Shown: positions 46,420 through 54,306 of the stretch, piece after piece | Layout: each line of letters begins with the position of its first letter | How positions within the stretch are numbered: the stretch's first letter is position 1 | Notes under the pieces: model-generated | What the model was told of the DNA's origin: nothing | Database searches by the model: none | What the model saw: only the letters and a program-made list of their open reading frames with translations | Assembly (NCBI GenBank): GCA_947589585.1 | Contig: CANQCA010000001.1 | Span: forward strand, 1-54,920 | From: an uncultured Clostridia bacterium | GTDB lineage: Bacteria; Bacillota; Clostridia; Christensenellales; Borkfalkiaceae | DNA: 54,920 bases | Reading direction: 5' to 3' | Made by a program: the position numbers and the translations under genes

Positions 46420-46448
46420 TTTACTTTCTCAAAACAATATGATATAAT
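46420..46448 (+). promoter_or_regulatory. sigma-A type promoter with extended -10, TTTACT-17-(TGa)TATAAT
   Basis: -35 at 46420-46425, -10 at 46443-46448. Confidence 0.65.
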
Positions 46449-46477
46449 ATCACTGATACAATGTGCGGAGGTATCGC

Positions 46478-46951
46478 ATGAAGAAACTCATCGTGTTTTA
46501 TTCTTTAACGGGAAATACGCGTGCTTTGGCAAAGAAACTTGCTCTCAAGCTCAAAGCAGATGTTCTCGAGATCAAGACTATCAAGACTTATCCCGATGAT
46601 TATGATGTGCTTTTAGGCCTCGGCCAGCGCGAAATCGCATCCGGGTACATCCCGCAGCTCAAACCCTATCGCATCGATTATTCCCAATACGACGCCGTTC
46701 TCATCGGCACCCCCGTGTGGTGGTCTTCGTTTGCTCCCGCCGTGAAATCTTTCATGCGTACAAATAACTGGACGGGCATCAATGTCTATCCCTTCGCGAC
46801 CAATGAGGGGACGCTCGGTCACACGCCCAGCGATTTCCGTAAGGCGCTCCGCGGCGCAAACGTCGCTCCTGTGCTCAGTGCGAAGTTCGAGGACGGCGAA
46901 TTGGTGACGCCCGACGCGGATATCGACGAATGGCTCTCCCTCATCAAATAA
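46478..46951 (+). CDS. flavodoxin-family protein
   Basis: MKKLIVFYSLTGNTRALAKKLA... is an FMN-binding loop; ...IGTPVWW.... GGAGG lies at 46467-46471. Confidence 0.8.
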   Translation: MKKLIVFYSLTGNTRALAKKLALKLKADVLEIKTIKTYPDDYDVLLGLGQREIASGYIPQLKPYRIDYSQYDAVLIGTPVWWSSFAPAVKSFMRTNNWTGINVYPFATNEGTLGHTPSDFRKALRGANVAPVLSAKFEDGELVTPDADIDEWLSLIK

Positions 46952-47811
46952 ATTCTCTCTTTGCATACATTTCGGCGCAGTACGGCGAGAGCCGTGCGGA
47001 AGAGATCTCGGCGGTTTCCGACCGCCCTGTTTCTTTGCGCATCAATCGAATAAAATCGGGCACGGAGGAAGTTGAAAAAGCTTTCGCCGATGCCCGAATT
47101 TGTTTTCGGACGGCCGCTTGGTCGTCCGATGCGTATATTCTTACGGATGCAGCCGAGCGCGAGATCGAGCGTCTGCCCATCTATGAGGAGGGGAAGATCT
47201 ATTTGCAGAGCCTCTCGTCCATGCTGCCGCCCCTGTATCTTGCACCCAAGGCAGGGGAGTGCATCCTCGATATGACGGCGGCCCCCGGGGGGAAGACCTC
47301 TCAGATGTATGCGCTTTCCGAGGGGAAGGCGCTCATCACCGCCTGTGAACGGGATAAGATCCGCTTTGAACGGCTCAAATTCAATTTGCAGCGGCAGGGG
47401 GCGACGCGCGTGACGGCGATCCTTTCAGATGCTTTGAAGCTGAGCGACTTTCTATCCTTCGATAAAATTCTCCTCGATGCGCCCTGTACGGGCAGCGGCA
47501 CTTCGACGCAGCATGCGCCCATTCGCTTCACGGAAGAGTATCTTGCAAAGTGTGTCCGCATGCAGGAAAAACTTTTGAGAAAGGCGTTGCGGCTCCTTAA
47601 GAAGGGGGGAACGCTCGTCTATTCGACGTGTTCCATCTTAAAAGAGGAGAATTGGCAGCTTTTGGATCGCGTCCTGCCTGCGGCGGGGGGAAGAATCGTT
47701 CCCATTCAGCCGCCCGAAGGCGTTCCCACGCTTCCCTCCAAGGAGGGCACCATCACCGTCTGTCCGACTTCCCTCTACGAAGGTTTCTTTGTCGCAAAGA
47801 TAGAAAAATAA
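46930..47811 (+). CDS. RsmB/NOP2-family SAM-dependent RNA cytosine-C5 methyltransferase
   Basis: LDMTAAPGGKT, LLDAPCTGSGT, and YSTCS (catalytic Cys). The start is uncertain; 46930 overlaps the flavodoxin end by 22 nt. Confidence 0.8.
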   Translation: MALPHQINSLFAYISAQYGESRAEEISAVSDRPVSLRINRIKSGTEEVEKAFADARICFRTAAWSSDAYILTDAAEREIERLPIYEEGKIYLQSLSSMLPPLYLAPKAGECILDMTAAPGGKTSQMYALSEGKALITACERDKIRFERLKFNLQRQGATRVTAILSDALKLSDFLSFDKILLDAPCTGSGTSTQHAPIRFTEEYLAKCVRMQEKLLRKALRLLKKGGTLVYSTCSILKEENWQLLDRVLPAAGGRIVPIQPPEGVPTLPSKEGTITVCPTSLYEGFFVAKIEK

Positions 47812-47822
47812 AAGGGTTGTGA

Positions 47823-48224
47823 GTGTTTATGAAAGCAAAGTCGATTTTAGCGTCCTTCATCACATTTATCGGGGCATTATGTATAGGAATGTCGCTCGCG
47901 CTTTCGGCGCTTTATCCCAAAGCAGAAGAATTTTTTGAATTGCCCCTGTGGCTCAAAATCATGCTGATCGGCGGGATATGCATTTCGCTTTTGGGGCTCA
48001 TTTTAAGTTTTGTGTTCAAAAACAGGAAGAATACCTTCAAATTTGCGCTGTTTATCGAGGGCGGCATTTTTGCGCTCGGTATCGTATGCGCGACTTTTGC
48101 CCTCGCCCGAACGGAGGCGCCCTTCAAAGCGGTGATCGTTGACGCGGCTCCCGTCCTGCTCGCCGTGGGGGCACTGTGTTTCCTTTCCACCCTCATCGGG
48201 ATATGTAAGAAAGGAAAGCGCTAA
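47823..48224 (+). CDS. hypothetical 4-TM membrane protein
   Basis: 133-aa ORF with four hydrophobic segments. No family was recognised. Confidence 0.55.
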   Translation: MFMKAKSILASFITFIGALCIGMSLALSALYPKAEEFFELPLWLKIMLIGGICISLLGLILSFVFKNRKNTFKFALFIEGGIFALGIVCATFALARTEAPFKAVIVDAAPVLLAVGALCFLSTLIGICKKGKR

Positions 48225-48260
48225 AATAAGCGCACTTCAAAATTTGACAGAGGAAGAATT

Positions 48261-48962
48261 ATGCTCATCGATAATCTTTGCGCCGGGATCGATGCAAAAT
48301 ATGAAGAATTAAAATCTGCCCTTTGCGGGACGGATCCGGACAAGATAAAAGAGCTTACCCTGGAAATGCACGCCTTGGTCCATCCCGCTGTCATTTCCGG
48401 AAGAAAAGAAAGAACACTTGCCGACTACGTTTGGGAACACATGCTATGCGGCAATCAAAACGAATTGGTCCCGAGGAAGAATTTCGCGTCGGACCTGCAT
48501 TATGACGGAACGGCTACCGTGCCGCTCGTGTGGCAGTTCTGGCATACATACAGAATAGAAGATCTTATCAGCAATATTTTGATGGGAAACAGAGACCAGA
48601 TCTTCAATTCCGAGTGGCAAAAAAGAATAGGCTCGCCGATCGCCGATACGGGCAATGCTTTGGAATTTGATGAAGCGGTAAAATTCGGCAAAGCCATCGA
48701 CGCAGAGGAACTTTACAGCTACATGATCGCCGTGGGGAAAAACACGAGGGAGATCATAGCTTCCCTTACGCTCGATCAAATCCATTCCATGGTGCCCGAG
48801 GAATGGGTCATGCGCATCTTTGAAGAGGACGGCGTCACCGCCGATCTTCGCTCTGTATGGCTGTTGGTGTTTTGGGGACGTCTTACCGTCGGCGGAATGA
48901 TCTTGACCCCGCTCACTTGTCATCATACGATGCACCTTTACGCCTGTTTGGATAAAATATAA
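48261..48962 (+). CDS. hypothetical protein (possibly DinB-like helical bundle)
   Basis: 233-aa ORF with conserved-looking His residues (HALVH, WHTYRIEDL, CHHTMH). The family assignment is tentative. Confidence 0.5.
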   Translation: MLIDNLCAGIDAKYEELKSALCGTDPDKIKELTLEMHALVHPAVISGRKERTLADYVWEHMLCGNQNELVPRKNFASDLHYDGTATVPLVWQFWHTYRIEDLISNILMGNRDQIFNSEWQKRIGSPIADTGNALEFDEAVKFGKAIDAEELYSYMIAVGKNTREIIASLTLDQIHSMVPEEWVMRIFEEDGVTADLRSVWLLVFWGRLTVGGMILTPLTCHHTMHLYACLDKI

Positions 48963-49080
48963 GAAATTTCATGCCTTCCATGGAAGAAAATATTTTGAGT
49001 GAAAAAATGGTTGAGATTATGAAAAAAGCGAGGGCATTCTTGCCCCCCCAAGGAAGGGGAAGGCTTATTATCGGGCTACG

Positions 49081-49130
49081 TATAAGGGGATCCACTCGGG
49101 CTACGCCCTCGGGATGACGCGTTTGACAAG
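49081..49130 (+). repeat. short interspersed repeat, locus B
   Basis: TATAAGGGGATCC (49081-49093) and GGATGACGCGTTTGACAAG (49112-49130) match locus A at 30431-30507. Confidence 0.7.
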
Positions 49131-49141
49131 GCGCGGGTTTT

Positions 49142-49251
49142 GGTTTGCCGTCCTCGCGCGGGGTCGAACGGAATTGTCCGATCCCTTCACGGCACCCAAA
49201 AAGCACCCTTATTGGGGTCAGACTTAAATTTTTGTAAATGTGCCGGTGATC
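49142..49251 (+). repeat. tRNA-Leu-proximal tandem unit 1 (includes a copy of the tRNA 3'-end 12-mer)
   Basis: 49142-49218 is about 90 percent identical to 49319-49396. GTGCCGGTGATC at 49240-49251 repeats the tRNA-Leu 3' end (49407-49418). Confidence 0.8.
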
Positions 49252-49318
49252 TCTTCGCCCCAAGGGGCTCGAGAGCTTCGGACGGCAAAAAGGGCAGACT
49301 GCTTTTTTTTATTTTCTC

Positions 49319-49418
49319 GGTTTGCTGTCCTCGCGCGGGGGCGAACGAAATTGTCCAATCCCTTCACGGCACCAAAAAAAGCACCCTTATTGGGGTGCTT
49401 TTTTTGGTGCCGGTGATC
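49319..49418 (+). repeat. tRNA-Leu-proximal tandem unit 2 (includes the tRNA terminator hairpin and the tRNA 3' end)
   Basis: Same element as unit 1. It ends in the hairpin GCACCC-TTAT-TGGGGTGC, flanked by an A-run and a T-run (bidirectional terminator, 49374-49404). Confidence 0.8.
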
Positions 49419-49491
49419 GGGGTCGAACCGATACGGTATTTCTACCACAGGATTTTGAGTCCAGCGCGTCTGCCAATTCCACCACACCGGC
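49405..49491 (-). tRNA. tRNA-Leu (anticodon CAA), CCA encoded
   Basis: Reverse complement GCCGGTG..GGAATTGGCAGA..CTCAAAA..long variable arm GGTAGAAATACC..ATCGGTTCGACCCCGAT CACCGGC A CCA. There is one U-U mismatch in the anticodon stem. Confidence 0.88.
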
Positions 49492-49583
49492 ATGTAAGAA
49501 AATTATACCGAACTCCATGAGAAAAATCAAGCGATTTTCCCGATATTCTTGCAAAAAAATCTCGGGCATGGTAAAATAGATAT

Positions 49584-52139
49584 ATGGATAAACTTGTTCT
49601 CATCGATGGAAACAGCCTTCTGAACCGCGCATTTTATGCGATGAACGTGTTCACGACGAAGGACGGGCTACCTACAAACGGTATCTTCGGGTTTGTGAAA
49701 CTGCTTCTGAAGATCGCAGAGGATGAAAAGCCGCAATACATGGCAGTCGCATTCGACGTGCATGCGCCCACCTTCCGCCATCTCAAATATAAGGATTACA
49801 AGGGAACGAGAAAGCCGATGCCCGAGGAGCTGCGCGTGCAAGTCCCCGTGCTCAAAGAGCTTCTTCAAGCGATGAATATCTGCACGGTAGAACTTGCGGG
49901 GTTTGAGGCGGACGATCTCATCGGAACGCTCTCCCGCAAATTCGGAAATGTGCATGTGCTCATCTTTACGGGGGACCGCGACAGTTACCAGCTCGTCAAA
50001 GAGAACGTTGACGTCTGCTTCACAAAGCGCGGCGTGAGCGATCTCGACCGTCTTACCGCCGAGAATTTCTTTGATAAAGTGGGGCTTGAACCCGCGCAGA
50101 TCATCGAAGAAAAGGCACTCATGGGGGATGTTTCGGATAATATCCCCGGCGTCCGCGGCGTGGGGCCCAAGAGCGCGCTCTCCCTTTTGCAGAACTATCA
50201 CGATCTCGACGGCGTCTATGCCAATCTCGATAAGATCAAGGGCGCCCTTCACATAAAGCTCGAAGAGGGCAGGGAGAATGCGTATTTCTCCCGCGAACTC
50301 GCCACGATCGATACCGCCGTGCCGCTTCCCGTCACGCTTGAAGAATGCAGGCTCCATCTTCCCTTCCCGGGGGAAGCCCGCGCCTTTTTTACAAAACTCG
50401 AGTTCCGTTCTCTCATCAATTCTCAATTTTTTGTATCCGAGCGCGCAAATTCGGAGGTCGATACGGCCGTGCGCGCCGAAAGCATCTCCGATCTTGCCGC
50501 GCTCTATCCTCTCTTGGAAGGGGCGGAGGAAGCGGCCCTTTGCGTCGAGAAGAATGCGGTATATCTTTGCATGGGCGGAAAGAACTATCAGATCGCCTTA
50601 AGGGAGAATTTTCTCTCGCCCGGGTTCTTCTTTCCCGAACTTGCCCCGCTCCTTTCCGCGCTGCTGACGGAAAAAAGGCGGGTGATCGTGCCCGATGCGA
50701 AGGCGCTCGCTCATACGCTGGATACGATCGGCTTGCACATCAGCTGTTCTTCGCTCGAGGACGTCAACCTCTTGCGCTATCTTCTCAACTCCAATGCAAA
50801 GCCCGCTTCGGCCGCAGAGCTCGCAAGTGAATATTCTCTTCCCGACAGTTGCTGTGCGCAGGCAGTCCTGTGTGCCTACAAAGAGGCGATCGAGGCGATA
50901 GGCGGGACCGAGGAAGAAAAACTCTACCGTGAGATCGAACTACCGCTCGAGGACGTCCTCTGCGATATGGAACGCACGGGCGTGCGCATCGACCTCGACA
51001 AGTTTCCCGTCTTCTCGGAAAAATTTCAGACGGAGCTTTCAGAGCTTTCCAAACGCATCTATGAGCTCGCGGATGTGCCGCCCTTCAACCTCAATTCCAC
51101 TTTCAAGCTCTCCGAAGTGCTCTTCGGCAAGCTCGGGCTCAGCGCGAAAGGGGCGAAGAAGATGCAGAGGGGGGGATATTCCACGAGTGCGGATGTGCTT
51201 GAAAAACTTGCCGAGAGCAGTGAAGTCGTGCGTCTTGTCCTTCGCTACAGAGAGATCCAAAAGCTGCAATCCACCTATATCGACGGCATCCGTCCGCTCA
51301 TCGTGGGCGGGATCGTGCACACGACCTACAACCAGACGGTCACGACGACGGGAAGGCTCTCGAGCGCGAACCCCAATCTCCAGAACATCCCCGTCCGCAC
51401 GGATGAGGGGAAGGAGCTGAGGAAGCTGTTCATCGCCCGCGAGGGAAATATCCTCATCGACGCCGACTATTCCCAGATCGAGCTAAGGCTCCTCGCCCAC
51501 TTTTCCAAGTGTGCGGCGCTCGTCGATTCCTACCGAAAGGGGGAGGATGTGCATGCGGCGACGGCTGCCCGCGTATTCGGCGTTGCACCCGATGAAGTTA
51601 CCCCTTCCATGCGGAGAAGGGCAAAGGTCGTCAATTTCGGCATCATTTACGGCATGAGCGCTTTCGGCCTTGCCAAGGATCTCGGCTGCGGCGCGTCCGA
51701 GGCGGCAGATTTTATCGCGAAATATTTCGAACTCCACCCCGAGGTCAAGGAATATATGGACGGGAATGTGCAGAAGGCGAAGGAAGAGGGGTTCGTCACG
51801 ACCATTCTCGGCAGAAAACGCTTTATCCCCGAACTCAAATCGTCGAGCTACAACACCCGTGCCTTCGGCGAGCGTGCGGCGATGAATATGCCCCTTCAGG
51901 GCAGTGCGGCGGATATCATCAAGATCGCAATGCTACGCGTGTTCGATCGGCTGCAGAGGGAGGGGCTCAAGACCAGACTTGTGCTTCAGGTCCACGACGA
52001 GCTGCTTCTGGATGCACCCGAGGAAGAAGCGGAGACCGCCGCAAGACTTCTCAAGGAGGAGATGGAAGGGGCGGTCGCGCTCGATGTTCCGCTCATCGCC
52101 GAGGTCTCTATGGGGAGAAGCTGGTATGACGCAAAGTAA
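49584..52139 (+). CDS. polA: DNA polymerase I
   Basis: N-terminal 5'-3' exonuclease (LIDGNSLLNRAFYA, GDRDSYQL, IPGVRGVGPK) and C-terminal family A polymerase motifs (DYSQIELR, QVHDELL). Confidence 0.93.
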   Translation: MDKLVLIDGNSLLNRAFYAMNVFTTKDGLPTNGIFGFVKLLLKIAEDEKPQYMAVAFDVHAPTFRHLKYKDYKGTRKPMPEELRVQVPVLKELLQAMNICTVELAGFEADDLIGTLSRKFGNVHVLIFTGDRDSYQLVKENVDVCFTKRGVSDLDRLTAENFFDKVGLEPAQIIEEKALMGDVSDNIPGVRGVGPKSALSLLQNYHDLDGVYANLDKIKGALHIKLEEGRENAYFSRELATIDTAVPLPVTLEECRLHLPFPGEARAFFTKLEFRSLINSQFFVSERANSEVDTAVRAESISDLAALYPLLEGAEEAALCVEKNAVYLCMGGKNYQIALRENFLSPGFFFPELAPLLSALLTEKRRVIVPDAKALAHTLDTIGLHISCSSLEDVNLLRYLLNSNAKPASAAELASEYSLPDSCCAQAVLCAYKEAIEAIGGTEEEKLYREIELPLEDVLCDMERTGVRIDLDKFPVFSEKFQTELSELSKRIYELADVPPFNLNSTFKLSEVLFGKLGLSAKGAKKMQRGGYSTSADVLEKLAESSEVVRLVLRYREIQKLQSTYIDGIRPLIVGGIVHTTYNQTVTTTGRLSSANPNLQNIPVRTDEGKELRKLFIAREGNILIDADYSQIELRLLAHFSKCAALVDSYRKGEDVHAATAARVFGVAPDEVTPSMRRRAKVVNFGIIYGMSAFGLAKDLGCGASEAADFIAKYFELHPEVKEYMDGNVQKAKEEGFVTTILGRKRFIPELKSSSYNTRAFGERAAMNMPLQGSAADIIKIAMLRVFDRLQREGLKTRLVLQVHDELLLDAPEEEAETAARLLKEEMEGAVALDVPLIAEVSMGRSWYDAK

Positions 52140-52704
52140 GAAGATCGCCGTGACCGGAGGGATCGGCAGCGGAAAGACGGAGTTTTGTAATATTTTGAAG
52201 AAATTCGGCTATCCCGTCTTCTCCTGTGACGAAATTTCGCATGCGCTTTGGAAGGACGAAGCGTATCTTTCGGGGCTTGCAGAGCTCTTCCCCACATGTG
52301 TCGTGGACGGAACCGTGCAAAAAAGCCGCGTCTCCGCGCTCGTTTTTTCCGATAAAGCCGCCCTTGAAAAACTCAACGCCTACGCCCATCCGCGCATCAT
52401 GCAAAAACTTTTGGACGAAATGCAGGCAGATCCCGTTTCCGTCGCAGAGGTGCCCCTTCTCTTCGAAGGGGGATTCGAACGCCTCTTCGATGCGGTCGTC
52501 ATCGTAAAAAGAGAGGAGGAAACGCGCATCAAAAGCGCTGCGAGGCGGGATCATCTTGCCGAAGAGGAGATAAGGGCACGGGTGCGCGCGCAGAACCCGC
52601 ACGAGGAGAAGGAAGGGGGGAAATTCATCGTCGTCGAAAACAACGGTTCGATCGGGGAGCTCTTCTTAGCGGCAGAGCGCGTCATCAAAAAATTGGGCAT
52701 TTAA
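52125..52704 (+). CDS. coaE: dephospho-CoA kinase
   Basis: KKIAVTGGIGSGKTEF (P-loop), then ...VAEVPLLFEGG.... The ATG at 52125 overlaps the polA end. Confidence 0.85.
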
Positions 52705-52741
52705 GGAGAGAAGATATTTTCACAAATCTCGCGTAAAAGTC

Positions 52742-52770
52742 TTGACGAACAGGCGCAAACGCGCTATAAT
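52742..52770 (+). promoter_or_regulatory. sigma-A type promoter, TTGACG-17-TATAAT, for tRNA-Trp
   Basis: -35 at 52742-52747, -10 at 52765-52770, 12 nt upstream of the tRNA 5' end. Confidence 0.75.
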
Positions 52771-52782
52771 ATAGATGAACAT

Positions 52783-52857
52783 AGGGGAGTAGTTCAATGG
52801 TAGAGCAACGGTCTCCAAAACCGTCTGTTGCGTGTTCGAGTCGCGTCTCCCCTGCCA
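52783..52857 (+). tRNA. tRNA-Trp (anticodon CCA), CCA end encoded
   Basis: AGGGGAG TA GTTCAATGGTAGAGC A ACGGT CTCCAAA ACCGT CTGTT GCGTGTTCGAGTCGCGT CTCCCCT G CCA folds as a cloverleaf. Confidence 0.9.
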
Positions 52858-52862
52858 AAAAG

Positions 52863-52885
52863 ACCTGCGCAAGCAGGTTTTTTTG
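52863..52885 (+). terminator. intrinsic terminator after tRNA-Trp
   Basis: ACCTGC-GCAA-GCAGGT followed by TTTTTTT. Confidence 0.8.
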
Positions 52886-52980
52886 ATAAGGGTCAGGCGC
52901 GAATCGAAAGAAGACGGGGGTCCCCAAAAAAAGCCGCTGCCGTAAAAATAAATAAAGACGAAGGGTTTTTGGATTTTTTT

Positions 52981-53007
52981 GGGGAGAAAGACGCGTCTCC
53001 CCTGCCA
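52981..53007 (+). repeat. tRNA-Trp remnant or att-like duplicate (acceptor-stem minihelix)
   Basis: GGGGAGaaagaCGCGTCTCCCCTGCCA. The last 16 nt are identical to the tRNA-Trp 3' end (52842-52857), and the 5' GGGGAG matches the acceptor 5' strand. Confidence 0.75.
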
Positions 53008-53065
53008 TTATGAAAGCCGTCGCAACCTTGTGACGGCTTTTGTGTAAAATCGAGGAGAGGAGTTC

Positions 53066-54157
53066 ATGGAACACAGAGGTACCAAAGTATTGGAGACGGC
53101 GCGCCTTATCCTGCGCCCGTGGAAAGAAAGCGACGCGGAAGAGGCGTTCGCAAACTGGATGAACGATCCCGAAGTGACCAAATTCCTCACCTGGACGCCA
53201 CACGGCGATATTTCCGTTACGCGCGCTCTGCTCAGAACATGGGAAAAGGAATATGCCTCTCCCGCCGTCTATCACTGGGCGATTGTCCTCAAAGAGGGCA
53301 ATGTTCTCATCGGGGATATCATCGTCATGCATGCGGACGATTATCAGGAGATGGGCAAGCTCGGCTACTGCATGGGCAAGGCTTGGTGGGGAAAGGGCAT
53401 CATGACGGAAGCACTCTCAGAAGTGCTGCGTTATTGTTTTGAGGAAGTGGGCTTCTACCGCATTGACGGGACACACGCGGCGAAAAATTTCGGCTCCTCC
53501 CGCGTCATGGAAAAGTGCGGCCTGCAATATGAGGGGACGCGGAGAAGCTATTTCCGCCTTCTCTCCACGGGGGAACGCGTCGATATCGTCCAGCGCGGCA
53601 TTCTCCGCGAGGAATATTTTGCCGGAAAATACGCTTCCAAAGAACAGAAAAATGCAGAAAATAAAGGCGGCGTCACGCTCTATACCGATGGGGCGTGTTC
53701 GGGCAATCCCGGCGCGGGCGGATGGGGGTGCGTTCTTCTCTATGGCGAGCACAGACTCGAGCTCTCGGGCGGAGAGGAGGAGACGACCAACAACCGCATG
53801 GAGCTTTTGGCCGTCATTGCGGGGCTGGAAAGGCTCAGATATCCCTGTGCAGTCAGCGTATACAGCGATTCCTCCTATACGGTTAATGCCTTTAACGAGG
53901 GCTGGGTGTATGGATGGGAGAAATCAGGCTGGAAGAAGGCCGACAATAAGCCCGTGCAAAACGACGACCTTTGGAAACGGCTTCTATCCCTCACGCGGGT
54001 GCATAAGGTCACCTTCTGCAAAGTGAAGGGGCATGCGGACGACGAGCTCAATAACCGCTGCGACGCCCTCGCCCGTGCCGCCATTCCCAAAATTTCCCCG
54101 AAGGAAGAAGGGGAGACGCCTTCGCCCGTAAATAAAAGCGGGGGAGATGATGTATAA
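53066..54157 (+). CDS. fusion of a GNAT (RimJ/RimL-type) N-acetyltransferase and RNase HI
   Basis: aa 1-185: LETARLILRPWKESDAEEAF..W..D.EV..., KGIMTEAL... are Acetyltransf_3-like. aa ~200-345: LYTDGACSGNPGAGGWG, NNRMEL, YSDS, KGHA, NNRCDALA form the full RNase H DEDD(H) set. It is a single uninterrupted frame. Confidence 0.8.
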   Translation: MEHRGTKVLETARLILRPWKESDAEEAFANWMNDPEVTKFLTWTPHGDISVTRALLRTWEKEYASPAVYHWAIVLKEGNVLIGDIIVMHADDYQEMGKLGYCMGKAWWGKGIMTEALSEVLRYCFEEVGFYRIDGTHAAKNFGSSRVMEKCGLQYEGTRRSYFRLLSTGERVDIVQRGILREEYFAGKYASKEQKNAENKGGVTLYTDGACSGNPGAGGWGCVLLYGEHRLELSGGEEETTNNRMELLAVIAGLERLRYPCAVSVYSDSSYTVNAFNEGWVYGWEKSGWKKADNKPVQNDDLWKRLLSLTRVHKVTFCKVKGHADDELNNRCDALARAAIPKISPKEEGETPSPVNKSGGDDV

Positions 54158-54306
54158 TATAGGAGAGCGCGTGGGCGGAACGGGATGCCCTACCCCGCTT
54201 TGATGGGGGCGAACGAAGTGAGACGGGTGGGGGTTCCCACGTTCAACCCCCACCACCGCTTATCGGCGGAGCCGCCCCCTTCAAAGGGGGCAGCCTTTTA
54301 GTGAAT

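Noticed and set aside
49142-49218. Extra tRNA gene or pseudogene in the repeat next to tRNA-Leu
   Set aside because: Only a T-loop-like 11-mer and a loosely acceptor-like end are present. No cloverleaf can be drawn on either strand, so it is reported as a tRNA-derived repeat rather than a tRNA.
52685-53332. 215-aa minus-strand ORF
   Set aside because: It spans tRNA-Trp, its terminator and the start of the GNAT-RNase HI gene in antisense. It has no SD and no recognisable domains.
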